Of a stretch of 64,000 nucleotides of DNA, positions 27,035 to 42,290 are shown piece by piece. Every line of letters starts with the position of its first letter. Position 1 is the first letter of the stretch. The notes below the pieces were generated by a model. It searched no databases, was not told where the DNA came from, and worked only from the letters and a program-made list of their open reading frames with translations. A program made the translations under genes and the position numbers. Source of the DNA: Eledone cirrhosa (Eukaryota); the NCBI GenBank assembly GCA_964016885.1, contig OZ024763.1, positions 12,524,001 to 12,588,000 on the forward strand. The letters run 5' to 3'.

Positions 27035-27854
27035 CGTTAGAGTGTGACTTGAGGGAGATTTGGCTGCTACCTCTAGCAAGTCAGGCTACTAGTTAACTGG
27101 ACCCTTCCCTCCGTCTTCATAGCTCGGTAAGTTGTAAAGTTATAAAGCAACGGATATAGTGGTTGTCAGGGGTCATTAAATACGGGTGGGGACGGGGTGA
27201 CCAGCTCCTAAAATTTTCAAAACGCCTCCTGAATAAGATATCACCCTTAAACTTTGACATGTACCCTTCAAAGAAAGCGCCCATAATTAGGGGTAGAATG
27301 CAGATGTGGGTGGACTTGGAGTAGGGATGAGATAGAAGTAGAAGTAGAATGGAAAAGGGGTGGGAGGGGGTTAGGGTGGGTGGGAAGTGTTTAGGGGTGG
27401 GGTGGGAAGGGAAGAAGATAGGAGTGGGAAAGTTAGGGGTGGGTGGGAATGGGTTAGGGTTGGTGTGGGTGGGAATGGGTTAGGGTTGGAAGGAGATAGG
27501 GGTGGGAAGGGGTTAGATGTGGGATTGAGACAGGGGTGGGTGGAGGAAGATGGTGGTGACAGATTTAAGAGGTATGCTGTTTGATCTCCTGTCCTGTATT
27601 ATTTATTCTGGTCAACTAACTACTGACCCCACCCCCACACCCATATCTGTGAAGGGTGGGACAGGACAGCAGTGACCTAGACAAACAAATAGGCTAAACA
27701 TCTGAAGATTATTCTCAAGGTGAGGACACATTTGTGCTTCGTCGTACACACATCCAAGTATGCTAACCTCATTTCTTTCCAGTGTTTATAGATACCCTTT
27801 TACATTCATATAGACCCCTTCATCTTCACTGCCCATGTCTCACTACCATGTAAC

Positions 27855-28095
27855 TCTTTTACCCCTGTGAAACCCATTGAAATAGGTTTCATGTCTCAGG
27901 GACCATTTACCTTCACTGCCCATGTCTCACTTCCATGTAACATCAGACCAGACCAGCGTTTCTCAACCTTTTTACCCCTGTGAAACCCGTTGAAATAGTT
28001 TTCATGTTTCAGGGACCCTTCACGACCAGCGTTTCTCAACCTTTTTATCCCCGTGAAACCCATGAAATAGTTTTCATGTCTCAGGAAATCCCTGC
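27855..28095 (+). mobile_element. Triplicated hAT-like left end
   Basis: CAGCGTTTCTCAACCTTTT.ACCCC.GTGAAACCC.TTGAAATAG..TTCATGT.TCAGG repeated (full near 27955 and 28027, partial at 27855). Confidence 0.6.
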
Positions 28096-28700
28096 ATAAA
28101 AATTATTATATGCCATTATTAATATCTATCTGATATTTTTTACTGTAGTTCACATGGTAAACATAATACATTTTTTCGGGTAACTGATTTAAGGTAAAAC
28201 TGACCCCCTTTTTGTCAAATTTATTGACAATGAAAACAAATCATATTGCTCCTGTATGAGACCTCATTGTGAGGTTTTCATTCACAAAAATAAATCTGTA
28301 AACACACACACACACACAAGTCAACATAAATAACTAATATGACATACATATAACGCATATAAACAGAAGACAAGCCGATAACTTAGAATAACCTTTTGTT
28401 TATGACAATGTTGAAAAGACATAAGATAAGTCAAGGTAAAATATCCTATCAACAAATATAGGGTCAAGGAAATGTTATTTTTGAAGCTGATTTAGTAAGT
28501 GAAATTTGCTCCTCAAATGTGAAACCCGTGTCTGTCTTTTGCTACACAAATACTTAATTTGAGGTCAAACGTTAGATAAACACACGGATTTCATTTTCAA
28601 GTGAAAGGAGGCGGTTTCTTTCTTTACTGTTGAAACTTGTCCCCCCCCCCCACACACACACGTGTATATATATATATATATGTGTGTGTGTGTGCGTAGT

Positions 28701-28878
28701 GGTGAAGGCGCGTGACTGAGTGGTTAGGGAATTGGATTCGCAGTCGTGAGGCTGTGAGTTCGATTCTCGGGCCGGGTGATGCGTTATGTCCTTTCACGCT
28801 GCCCCTACCTGGAGTTGCGGCCGATAGAGAGTATTAGCAATTAGAAAGACCAATGGAAACATTGTTTCCTCGGTCCGA
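28701..28878 (+). mobile_element. tRNA-derived SINE, family B
   Basis: Homologous to 24827-25045. Confidence 0.85.
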
Positions 28879-28899
28879 TTTGATGAAAGTCGATTGATC

Positions 28900-28930
<31 letters not shown>

Positions 28931-29647
28931 AGTGTAGACAAATTATATATATATATAAACAAATGAAGAAGATATATGTATATATATATAGAGAGAGAGA
29001 GAGCGAAAGAGCCATATATATACACAGTATATTGTATATATACGAAATACATATTCTATATTTCCCTTAGAATGGTGAGACTAAACCTCTGAAGTATAGC
29101 TGAGTCTCATGTGGTTTAATCATAATCGATAGTTTGTCTTTAATGATCGATTACATAGATTGATTTGGGGCTACACTCTCCAGGTATGAAAAAATGCTAT
29201 AAGGTTTCTCTTATGATTCCACCTGTGTACATATTCTTCTATCGAATATGTATTTGGTATATATACAATATTTAGTGAGTGGACAGGCGGCAGATGATCC
29301 AGATTTGAGAGGTTTAAAGCAAAGATTTAGAGTGCATTAGTATATAAAATGAGAAGTCACATGTACCTTTTTTCTTGGGTAGTTTCAATCTTTCTGTCAT
29401 TTCGTGGGCATGTAGAAGGGGAAGGCAATGCCTGAGCTGTGAGAGAGAAAGAAATGATTATAACAAGAGGTGAATAGGATTGCCGAAGCGTAGACAGATA
29501 GCGCTTTACAATATTTCTAACAGATTAGAGAGATAACATGATAAAATAATTAATGGGAATGGAGAAAGCATTGGCTGTGGCGAGAGAGGTGTAACTGAAA
29601 CAAATTAATATAAAGAAAGGTAGGTAAGAAAGGTTCAATGGATTGAA

Positions 29648-29720
<73 letters not shown>

Positions 29721-29799
29721 CATCCACCTAAGCTGGGTAGTGTTGGCTTGAGGGTTATAATGGATTTAAAGGATTTAAGATGGTTATAATGGATTTAAA

Positions 29800-30145
29800 C
29801 TAACACTGATTTTAAGATTGTGCCTGTTGAATAGTTAGTTCCCTGTAAGGGTGGCTAGATGGGCAGTGTTTGTCTACAAGAGCTTGGAATGTCCTGCCGA
29901 TGTTAGTCTTAACGTTTAGTGAGAAAGGAGGCATGAAACAGATTTTTCTTCGGGCTTTTGTTTTCTTCAAGGGTTATATTTGATTCTCTCCTAAAATCGG
30001 CTTACTAGAACGGCTGCGTTGTAGGTGGGTGCCTCTTTCTCAAAGATGTCTTTGCTAGATGAGAGATTGGAGATTCTCTAGTTAATATTTTTCACGAGAT
30101 TCTTAAACACTATTCGATGGGGTGACAGGATCTTGCGTTTATGTA
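29800..30145 (-). mobile_element. Penelope-like element (PLE) RT thumb/linker remnant
   Basis: Minus strand with frameshifts: YINARSCHP / IVFKNLVKNIN*RISNLSSSKDIFEKEAPTYNAA / RRKICFMPPFSLNVKTNIGRTFQALVDKHCPSSHPY / LFNRHNLKIS, matching the PLE pattern Y...S.HP ... (W)FNPP.S.NV.TNIG..F..L.DKHFP...FNR...K.S. Confidence 0.85.
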
Positions 30146-30322
30146 GAAAATAATCAGCTGCGAGATTTTTACTTTTATCTCTACCAAAACACAGCCACCG
30201 TACCTGCTATTAACTAAAATGTGTACACTCTGAACAGCTGATGCAGTTGCATTACTGCAATTTGGCAGATTCATTGAGTGAGCTAGATGTTGGCCGGAGA
30301 CCGTTAACAGCGATCTTCGTTA

Positions 30323-30371
<49 letters not shown>

Positions 30372-30453
30372 ATAAATATACATATGTATATATGTATACA
30401 TATTCATATGTACGTATATATATATAAACACACACACATATATATGTGTGTGT

Positions 30454-30496
<43 letters not shown>

Positions 30497-30633
30497 TACG
30501 ACCAACACCTCACGCCCTTTATCTCTCACTAATACATTCAAATCGCAAAGAAAAAACCCCCAGAAAAACGAACACATTTCGTTCAGTAATTGATTTTCCT
30601 TAAAGGATCACTGAAATAACTGTGTACATGTGG

Positions 30634-30765
<132 letters not shown>

Positions 30766-30774
30766 ATATATATA

Positions 30775-30807
<33 letters not shown>

Positions 30808-30808
30808 G

Positions 30809-31352
30809 GAGTCTGTGCAGCTGTACGGGTCTGAGACTTGAGTCTGTGCTGCTGTATGGGTCTGAGACTTGAGTCTGTGCTGCTGCGCGGGTCTGAGACT
30901 TGAGTCTGTGCTGCTGTACGGGTCTGAGACTTGAGTCTGTGCTGCTGTACGGGTCTGAGACTTGGACACTGACCAAGAAACTCACTCAGATGGTGGATGG
31001 GTGCTACACGAGAATGGTGAGGATGGCTCTGAACATTAATCAGTATACACTGGGGATGAAAAACTCAGAGCTGTATGGGAGCCTCCCAAAAGTCAGCTCA
31101 AAAGTGACACAGAGGAGACTGAGGTTAGCTGGACATGCTCACCGACATCCAGAGTTGATACTGCACTCAGTGCTCCTGTGGGAGCCCCTGCATGGACACA
31201 CTGGAAGAGGAAGACCAAGGTTAACGTATGTTGATGCCCTAAGGACAGACACTGGTCTGTTGGAGATGCAGGACATGGCAGCGACGATAATGAGGGACAG
31301 AGACCGCTGGAGAGAACTCATCCATGGATCTCGGGAATTTTACCCGCCCTAG
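30809..31352 (+). mobile_element. RTE-like LINE 3' fragment (family R) with five tandem 31-bp copies at its 5' end
   Basis: ESVLLYGSETWTLTK...DGCYTRM.RMALNI...RRLRLAGH..R...LLWEP.HG..GRGRP..TYVD; ends in (TA)n. Confidence 0.92.
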
Positions 31353-31381
31353 ATATATATATATATATATTATATATATAT

Positions 31382-31422
<41 letters not shown>

Positions 31423-31525
31423 ACAATCGTTTCGAATGAGATATGGTCTCGAATTATTCGGAGTGTTGGTAAAAATTAGTTTCATATTGTCATGTCAATC
31501 TATAAGTTTAGATATATGTCTATAC

Positions 31526-31921
31526 CAGTGATTCCCAACGTGGAGCGCACACCCCACAAAGCGGCAATTTTAATATTTAAGGGGGTCATTTGAAAATGAT
31601 GTTAATGAGAAGAAACCTCACGTTTTACTTTATTACTTTTACACCAAGGCAACTTTGGTACACATTACTGTCAGAAACTCCTGTCTCACCTCCTCCCCCA
31701 CGCATGTTATTGTGTATCTGGCACCACCTATACGGTACACATTACTGTCAGAAACTCCTGCCTCACCTCCTCCATATGTTATTGTACATCTGGTACCACC
31801 TACACCAATTTGTTTACACATTGTAATCGACCATTGCTGTTTTCATATCAAAGAGGGTGAGGCAAAACAATTTCTGAAATGTTGAGGTGGGGCATGGTGC
31901 ACAAAAGGCTGGGTACCACAG
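31526..31921. mobile_element. hAT-type MITE
   Basis: CAGTGATTCCCAAC ... GGCTGGGTACCACAG; TSD GTCTATAC / GTCTCTAC (7/8). Confidence 0.75.
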
Positions 31922-32183
31922 GTCTCTACGGTGACAATTCAGTCTCGTCCGAGAGAAAAAGATAGTCAGTGGCGATGTTGATCATTGAAGTATTTCGATT
32001 ACCTTGTCAATAACATTGATTGGTTTGATCTAAATCTATGGTGGAAGACACCTCGTCAGGATGTAGAGCAATGCGATCGAAGTCGCTACCTAATGTGTGT
32101 GGGATGAGACCTTCACAACCAACCTGGGTGTATGTGGTTGGTGGGGCTGGTGTGTGTGAGAGAGAGAGAGAGGGGGGATCTGG

Positions 32184-32226
<43 letters not shown>

Positions 32227-32454
32227 ATCTGGTGTGCGTGTGTAATCATGAATAGATACATACATACATAGATGCATACACAGGTACACCAGCTCTCACA
32301 CACACACCATCCCTACCAAACACCTCTATATATACACACATATATAATATATAAGTATAGATACACGCATATATATGTTTCTATACAAGTCTATATACAT
32401 ATGTATATATGCATACATTTATATATACATATATATGTAAATAAATACATATAC

Positions 32455-33280
32455 ACACCTCGGACAGGCTCGGCTGACAGCACCTCCGTGCCTGTAGGGC
32501 TTATCCCGAACCGGCAACGCTCCCGGTAGCACTGCCAGACCAGGGATTTCTGGAAGTTGTCCATAAGCCCCGGGTTGAAAGTTCTCTTGAAGAGAGCGAA
32601 CAGCTGATCGTTTTCGACGCCCAGGGTCTCCCCGAGAACGTCGTCGCTCTTTCCCTTCACCGTCAAGGAAGCACCAGAGATGTCGCAGCCTTAGCGCATG
32701 TTTGCGCATCATCAGCCACGGCATGCCTAGTCCTCCACACAACGGGTGTTGACAGAAAATGGATCGTCTGACCATGGGAGCACGTCCTTTCCACGAAAAG
32801 CGGAAGAGAAGGCGCTCCATTTTGGTCAGAGTTGGGGGGGAGGGGGAAAGGTACGACGGTCAGGCGGTAGCAGATGACGGACGCGATGTACGCATTCGCC
32901 ACCTCCGTCCGACCTTTCAGAGACAGCCTCCTCTCAGCCCATTGCTGGGTGAGAGAGGTCACCCTGCTCGTCACCTCGCTCCAGTTTTTCTCTATCTGGA
33001 GGTCCGGACCGAACCAGACCCCGAGCAATTTAGCCGGTCCTTCCCTCCAGCGCCCCACGACGCTGTCGGACGGCATGGACTTGCCTCTCCATGTGCCGAG
33101 TTGCAAGCCCACCGACTTTTCCTGGTTTATCTTTGCTCCTGTCTCCTCTTCGTATTCCTTGAGAGCGGTGCCGAGCATCTGGACGTGTTTGGTGCTCGAC
33201 ACCACCATGGTGACGTCGTCGGCGTAAGCTGACACGGATCTCCCGCATCCCAGTTCGCGTGGGACCCCCCTCATCGCACC
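32455..33280 (-). mobile_element. Tx1/L1-clade LINE reverse transcriptase fragment (pseudogenised)
   Basis: SAYADD, KINQEKS, LLGVWFG, LSLKGR, FSWKG..GGLGMP, DNFQKSLVWQCYR.ALPVRDK and CPRC motifs across frameshifts. Confidence 0.92.
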
Positions 33281-34500
33281 AAGACTATCTCCTCACTCTT
33301 TAGGTTTTCCAAAGAGTGTGACTTCGCCTCTTGGGAGGTGGCGAAAAGTACGTCTACTGTGGCGTACTTTTTACCTCGGGTAATGTGGGTTTTACGCGCC
33401 TAGACGTACCCCAATGCCTTTTGGATTTGAACCTCCGTGGCTCTCTCCACCCGATGTGACATTTTGCTTACGGTGCGGTAAGTCCCCGTGCGCAGCTGCT
33501 GGTCTTTGAAGAAATCGGGTGGAGGTTTCAGGGAAACTCTATTGTCGTTTCTTGACACCATGGCTCTTGCGACTGCCATCTCCACCCCCCGTGACTAGCA
33601 CTGTATCTATATTTCGGGCCACACCTGCGAAAGAAGTGGCCCCTTTTTCAGCGGCACCATTATTGCTGCCGCTACTGCTGCTACTGTTGTTGGTGCTGTT
33701 GCTCTTGCTACAAAAGGTGTTGTTGTTGGTGTTGCTGTTATCACTGTTGTAGTTGGTTGTGTTTTTGGTGCCACCGTTGTTGTTGTTTTCGGTGCAATTT
33801 GTATTGTTGCTGTTGGTGTTGTTGTTGTTTTCGGTGCAATTTGTATTGTTGCTGTTGGTGTTGTTGTTGTTTTCGGTGCAATTTGTATTGTTGCTGTTGG
33901 TGTTGTTGTTGTTTTCGGTGCAATTTGTATTGTTGCTGTTGGTGTTGTTGTTGTTTTCGGTGCAATTTGTATTGTTGCTGTTGGTGTTGTTGTTGTTTTC
34001 GGTGCAATTTGTATTGTTGCTGTTGGTGTTGTCGTCGTTTATTTTCTTGTTAGTGGTGTTAATATCGTTGTTGCGTTTGTTGTCATTTTTTTTCTGTTGT
34101 CTGTATTTTGGTTGTCGCTGTTATTGTTGTAGTTGGTGGGGTAATGTTTTTAAAATTAGTGTTCTCAGTGTTGTTGTCTTTGTTCACGTTGTTTGTGGTG
34201 GTGTTTGTTGTATGAGTTTCTGTGACCCTCCTCTCAACTTTTACGCCGTTGTCACACGACAGCAGACATATTGTTGGGGGGCGTGGCTAAGCCATGTTTA
34301 AAAAATTTTTTTTTAAGTAAAACATTCAAATATTAATCAAATATTTGGGCCAAAAGGCCCAAATATTATACTTTCCCCTTCACAGGGCAAAGTCCAAGGG
34401 CTTATATCCCTTACACAACAAGAAAAATTAAGCAACAAATAATTATAACAAGTAAATAAAGCGACTTACTGGGAGCGAGCAAAGAGCGTCCGAACAGACC
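33281..34500 (-). mobile_element. Probable 5'/ORF1 part of the same Tx1-like element, with a 39-bp minisatellite (33765-34030)
   Basis: GC-rich sequence contiguous with the RT fragment and ending sharply at 34500; the minisatellite encodes HRKQQQHQQQQYKL-type units. The ORF1 identity is inferred. Confidence 0.5.
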
Positions 34501-34630
34501 AATAATAATAATATATATAGATATATTTCTTTATTAGCCACAGGGGCACAAAAGAAGGGGACAAATACAAAGGGGGAAGTTTACATACAATAAAAACGTG
34601 TAAAATGTTATCATATAGATAGATAGATAA

Positions 34631-34661
<31 letters not shown>

Positions 34662-34683
34662 TATATATATATATATATATATA

Positions 34684-34753
34684 TTTATTAAAATAACAGA
34701 TTAAAGTTTAAGCAAAGAATCGCTGCTTTCACCCTTAACGGGATCTTCTGAAA
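34684..34753 (-). mobile_element. Short hammerhead-like element, family P3 (second copy 39807-39878)
   Basis: Two identical ~70-bp copies between (TA)n tracts; minus strand AGTTT-CAGAAGA-TCCC GTTAA GGGT-GAAA-GCA..TGC-TT-AAACT, then AATAAA. Confidence 0.65.
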
Positions 34754-35007
34754 TTAAATATATATATATATATATATATTTATGTATGTGTATATATGTA
34801 TGTATATATGTATGTATGTCTGCGTGTGTATGTGTGTATATATATTTATATGTGTGTTTGTGTGTGTGTGTATATGTGAGTATAGGTGTATGAGTGTTTA
34901 TATACGAGTGTGTGTACATGTATGAGGAGTGTACATATACAGACACATATATATATGTGTGTGTGTATATATGTGTATATGTATATGTATATATATATAT
35001 ATATGTA

Positions 35008-35038
<31 letters not shown>

Positions 35039-36059
35039 GTGGGTATAGGTGTGTATATAAATATGTATGGATATGTGTGTATATGATTATGTGCATATGT
35101 GTAAATGTGTATTTAGGTTTGCATCTATTTGTGCATATGGCTAAGTGAGACTCATGTGTACAGAATGGGTGAGTGAGTGAGACATTGGGTAGAGTGAGTG
35201 ATACTAATATGTAGAGAATGACTGAGTGAGACTCACGTGTAGAGAATGAGTGTACAGAATGAGTTAGACTCATTTATAGAGCATGGGTGTGTGAGTTAGA
35301 CTCATGTATAAAGAACGGTCGAGTGGGTGAGACATTGAGTAGAGTATGGCTGAGTGAGTGATACTAGTATGTAGAGAATAACCGAGTGAGTGAGACTCGT
35401 GTAGAGAATGGGTAGCGATATATCAGACATACGTATTTCTGTGTATATATGCCATGTGATGAACAATGAAGACATATATAAGCATAAATATACATACATG
35501 TATATATGTATCTATGTATGTGTGTATGAATGTATGTTTATATGTATGTTTAAATGTATGTTTATATGTGTATATATGTTTATATGTATGTATGTAAGCA
35601 TGAATACCTGCATATGTGTACATACACGCATATATATTTTAATATATATATGCACATACGTATATATGCACGCACACACACACACACACAAACACACACA
35701 TATACATACACACACACACACGCACATATATATGCACATACATATATACGCACGCACACACATACACACACACACACATATATATATATATGCACATACT
35801 TATATATGTATGTGTGTGTATATATATATATATACATGTGTGTGTGCCTGTGTGTGTATGTATGCATGTATGCATTTATGTTTGTGCGTAAGTGTGTATA
35901 TATGTGTGTATATATGTGTGTATATATGTGTGTATATACTTATGCGAGTGTGTATATGTAGCTGGGTGTCTTCAATCTACACCATATGCTAGAGACAAAG
36001 TTCCCCAGGGCATCATAAGACAGGCTACGCGTTAGTAACAACCGATGTTTAAGTGTTAG

Positions 36060-37170
36060 GGTGGATGTCGGGTAGATGGATGGGGTGGGGTATATGGGGT
36101 GTATATAGTTGAACGGGTGGATAGATGGGGGTGTATATAGTTGAACGGGTGGATAGATGGGGGTGTATATAGTTGAACGGGTGGATAGATGGGGGTGTAT
36201 ATAGTTGAACGGGTGGATAGATGGGGTGTATATAGTTGAACGGGTGGATAGATGGGGTGTATATAATTGAACGGGTGGATAGATGGGGTGTATATAGTTG
36301 AACGGGTGGATAGATGGGGTGTATATAGTTGAACGGGTGGATAGATGAAAGGGCTGGGGGTACATGGTGGTATATAGATGGACGGGTCGGGTATATGGGG
36401 GTGTATATATAGATGGACGGGTGGCTAGATAAAAGGAGTGGGGTATATAGTGGTGTATATAGATGGACGGGTGGATAAATGGTGGTGTATATAGTTGAAC
36501 GGGTAGATAGATGAAAGGGGTGGGGTATATATATATGATGGGGTAGATATATGGACGGGTAGATAGAAGGACGAGTAGATAGATGGCGGGGTAGATAGAA
36601 GGACAGGTAGATATTTGGCGGGGTAGATAGAGAGACGGGTAGATAGAAGGAAGGGTAGATATTTGGCGGGGTAGATAGAGAGACGGGTAGATAGAAGGAA
36701 GGGTAGATATTTGGCGGGGTAGATAGAGAGACGGGTAGATAGAAGGAAGGGTAGATATTTGGCGGGGTAGATAGAGACGGGTAGATAGAAGGATGGGTAG
36801 ATAGAAAGACGGGTAGATATATGGACAGATAGATATTTGGCGGGGTAGATAGAGAGACGGGTAGATAGAAGGACGGGTAGATATTTGGTGGGGTAGATAG
36901 AGAGACGGGTAGATATTTGGCGGGGTAGATAGAGAGACGGGTAGATAGAAGGATGGGTAGATAGAAGGACGGGTAGATATATGGACAGATAGATATTTGG
37001 CGGGGTAGATAGAGAGACGGGTAGATAGAAGGACGGGTAGATATTTGGTGGGGTAGATAGAAGAACGGGTAGATATTTGGCGGGGTAGATACAAGGAAGG
37101 GTAGATATTTGGCGGAGTAGATAGAGAGACGGGTAGATATTTGGCGGGGTAGATAGAGAGACGGGTAAAG
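36060..37170. repeat. Compound G-rich minisatellite (~32-bp, then 16-bp units)
   Basis: GGGTGTATATAGTTGAACGGGTGGATAGATG followed by GGGTAGATAGAAGGAC / GGGTAGATATTTGGCG units. Confidence 0.9.
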
Positions 37171-37334
37171 AGACAGACGGAGGTGGATGAAAAAGTATGT
37201 TGAATAATTTGTATTTAATGAGAAATTTCTTCTAATCCTTAACTATCTTTCTCAGCCTCTCCCTCACCCCTCTCATATATATACACCACACAAATTCTAA
37301 TTACTGTCACACACACACATGTAATATGTATACG

Positions 37335-38271
<937 letters not shown>

Positions 38272-38280
38272 ATATATATA

Positions 38281-38330
<50 letters not shown>

Positions 38331-38500
38331 CATATATATATGTACACACACACACACAGTCACACACAACCACATATATCAAGCCACATCTGGTTACTAT
38401 TACGCAATCCTTTTCAATTTTCTGTTTTCGCCCTTTTCAAAAGTTCAACCAACTAAAATGTGTAAGTTATACACACACACACACATACATATATACACAC

Positions 38501-38536
<36 letters not shown>

Positions 38537-38543
38537 TATATAC

Positions 38544-38575
<32 letters not shown>

Positions 38576-38592
38576 GTATATATATGTATATA

Positions 38593-38626
<34 letters not shown>

Positions 38627-38845
38627 TATATATATATGTATATTTATATATATATATGTATATATCTCTATATATATATGTATGTATATATATATACTAC
38701 ACACATATATATAATGTAGTATAATTATATTTATTACAAGTCGTTTCACGTGTAATGACGACGAAAAGCAAAAATGTTTATATAATTATATATACACACA
38801 CATATATACATACATGTATATATACATACATGTATATATACATAC

Positions 38846-38888
<43 letters not shown>

Positions 38889-39390
38889 TATATATATAAA
38901 CAAATAGCACACAATAGTCCCCTTGAAAGTGTTGACTGAATTTTTAAGACATATGTATATGTATATATATATATATATATATATACCTACATATATATAA
39001 ACATCTGTACACACACATACATACATACATACATACATACATACATACATACACAGACATCCATCCACACACACCCCACCATACATCCATACATACACAC
39101 ACACCCCACCATACATACATCCATCCACACATACATACCTACACACATACACACATCCATACATACCTACCTACATAGATGTGTGTCGTGACTGTGTAAG
39201 GGAGCGACTGTTGTTTAAGAAGAGAATGTTCTGGATAAGTCTTTGATGTGAGACAGTGGACTCCATTCTGTTCCTTATCTTTAAGGCAAAACCTGATATT
39301 TCTCTTTAGAATCACTTACCAACATGGCTACATTACATAAACAAAGACAACTAACACACAACACACCTCCTCCATACACACACACACATG

Positions 39391-39503
<113 letters not shown>

Positions 39504-39574
39504 GTATATGTATATGTATATATATATATATATTTATATGTGTGTATATATATATATGTATATATATATATACA

Positions 39575-39607
<33 letters not shown>

Positions 39608-39622
39608 TATAATATATATATA

Positions 39623-39689
<67 letters not shown>

Positions 39690-39716
39690 TACATATATAT
39701 ATAATATATATATATG

Positions 39717-39799
<83 letters not shown>

Positions 39800-39920
39800 A
39801 TATATATTTATTAAAATAACAGATTAAAGTTTAAGCAAAGAATCGCTGCTTTCACCCTTAACGGGATCTTCTGAAACTAACAAAGTCAATCTGTAAATAT
39901 ATATATACATATAAAATATA

Positions 39921-40051
<131 letters not shown>

Positions 40052-40072
40052 TATATATAATATATATAATAT

Positions 40073-40453
<381 letters not shown>

Positions 40454-40859
40454 ATACTTTCACTCGTGTAGGACACCCCTTTTATTTTTCATTTTGTAAA
40501 AAAACCCTCACTTTCTAATATATATATAGTGGAATGATCGAGAATCGGAATATCGGCCCACGAAATCACGATAAACAATATCCGACATGTGTGGCAGAGG
40601 GCTCAATAATTTGGATAAACCAGAGCTATAACTATCGTTAAAATACCAACACACAGAGACCATGCCTAAAATCACCCGTGCAGCCGAAAAAGAACGACCA
40701 GGAAGATTCGGGTCACTCAAATGAAATATATATATACAAATGACGAATCAAAACATAACAAATATGTTTAGAATTTTGTGTTTCTCAATAAGGAAGCTTA
40801 ATAGACTTTATCTAGAGCCATAATAAACAAAATTAAAAGATATATATATATATATATAT

Positions 40860-41088
40860 CACTTCCACATTTGGTTCATTCGATGATGAGATTAGCCTTC
40901 CAGAACGAGGTTCATCTTTAACATTTTCTCAACCCACTTTGAAAACTTTGTGCCACTTAAAAACCCCACTCCTCGATAGAGTGACATCTCCAATAAGGCT
41001 GTGTTAAAGAATTAATTGTTTTGGTGACAGATTTATTGAGTTTCGCACACAATTTTATCGCGTATTGTTGTTCGCTATTTTACAGCAT
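40860..41088 (-). mobile_element. Mariner transposase N-terminal (HTH) remnant
   Basis: EQQYAIKLCAKLNKSVTKT..GDVTLSRSGVFKWHKVFKVG*ENVKDEPRSGR matches the mariner V..W...FK.G...V.DE.RSGR motif. Confidence 0.88.
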
Positions 41089-41430
41089 TGCAAAAGTAAC
41101 AGAGGTTATAAACACGGCTGTACATAAACAGCAATAACTCACGACTGACTCAATCCATCATGTTGAAACAAGTATGTACATGCAGCCAAGGTCATAACCA
41201 ACACGCCTATATATATATTAACGAGGTGCTGCATTACCATGTCGTACATAGGAAGATCAGTACCCTTACTTTTGGGACAAACCTCGCATATATGTATAAT
41301 AGTAATATTATTATTTTTATTATTGTTATTATCATCAGCAGCAGCAGGAGCAACAACAGCTGCATTATTGGAGTTTTCTCATGCATTGAATGCACATAGG
41401 CACAGGCAAAGAGAGAGAGGGGGAAGAGAA

Positions 41431-41515
<85 letters not shown>

Positions 41516-41814
41516 CAAAAAAAAAATGAACAAAACGGAATGTAAGCAGTAATGTGTAACCGGTGTAACGAATCGATAAATAAACGGCCGCCATTTTAAA
41601 CTTCACTGGTTAACAACAACAAGAGTAACAACAACAACAACAACAACGGTAATTGTTAGTAAAGGTGTGTGTGTTTATTTCTTTGTAAACATTCAACCTT
41701 AAACGGAACGTAAATATCTTCACCAATTACTTAAAGTCACAAGGAAACATAAACAATACACTGACAAGCCATGTTTTATTTAAACTAACCATCGGCGTCT
41801 CTCTCTCTCTCTCA

Positions 41815-41882
<68 letters not shown>

Positions 41883-42161
41883 CTCTCTCTCTGTCTCTCT
41901 CTCTCTGGCCCTCTCTGTCTCTCTCTCTGTCTCTCTGTTTGAAACGGATATAGAAAATTGCTTTTTCATATATATATAAAAAAATTCAATTTAGTGTGCA
42001 TATATACATATATGTGTGTGTGTGAGTAAATATGTAATATGTATATATGCATACATATACTAATTACATACACACATATATATATATAACCATATATATA
42101 TATATATATATATATATAATTGAACCATCAGCACAGTTGAGAGGTATGTCAGACAACAATT

Positions 42162-42227
42162 TATTTTATCTGATGAGGACGTACTGATGAAACAGTTCAG
42201 TACCTCTGAAATATGAATAATAAAATA
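42162..42227 (+). ncRNA. Type I hammerhead ribozyme candidate with canonical core
   Basis: TATTTTAT-CTGATGA-GGACGTACTGA..TCAGTACCTCT-GAAA-T ATGA A-TA-ATAAAATA: 8-bp stem I, ~10-bp stem II, AUA cleavage triplet. Confidence 0.78.
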
Positions 42228-42290
42228 TATTTGATCACATGAATGTCTATATTTATTAATATTTTGAAGTAACACATATATATATATATA

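Noticed and set aside
31422-31464. Hammerhead-like motif sharing GAAACGATTGTC with 11182
   Set aside because: Core CCGAATA and stems I/II are too degenerate to call.
32035-32060. Hammerhead core on the minus strand (CTGACGA GGTG TCTTC CACC)
   Set aside because: Followed by ATAG rather than GAAA; no stem III.
35940-37094. 384-aa YP/ST-rich ORF
   Set aside because: Translation of a compound minisatellite.
40508-40720. 70-aa ORF in unique CpG-rich sequence
   Set aside because: Non-ATG start, no recognisable motif and no convincing splice sites.
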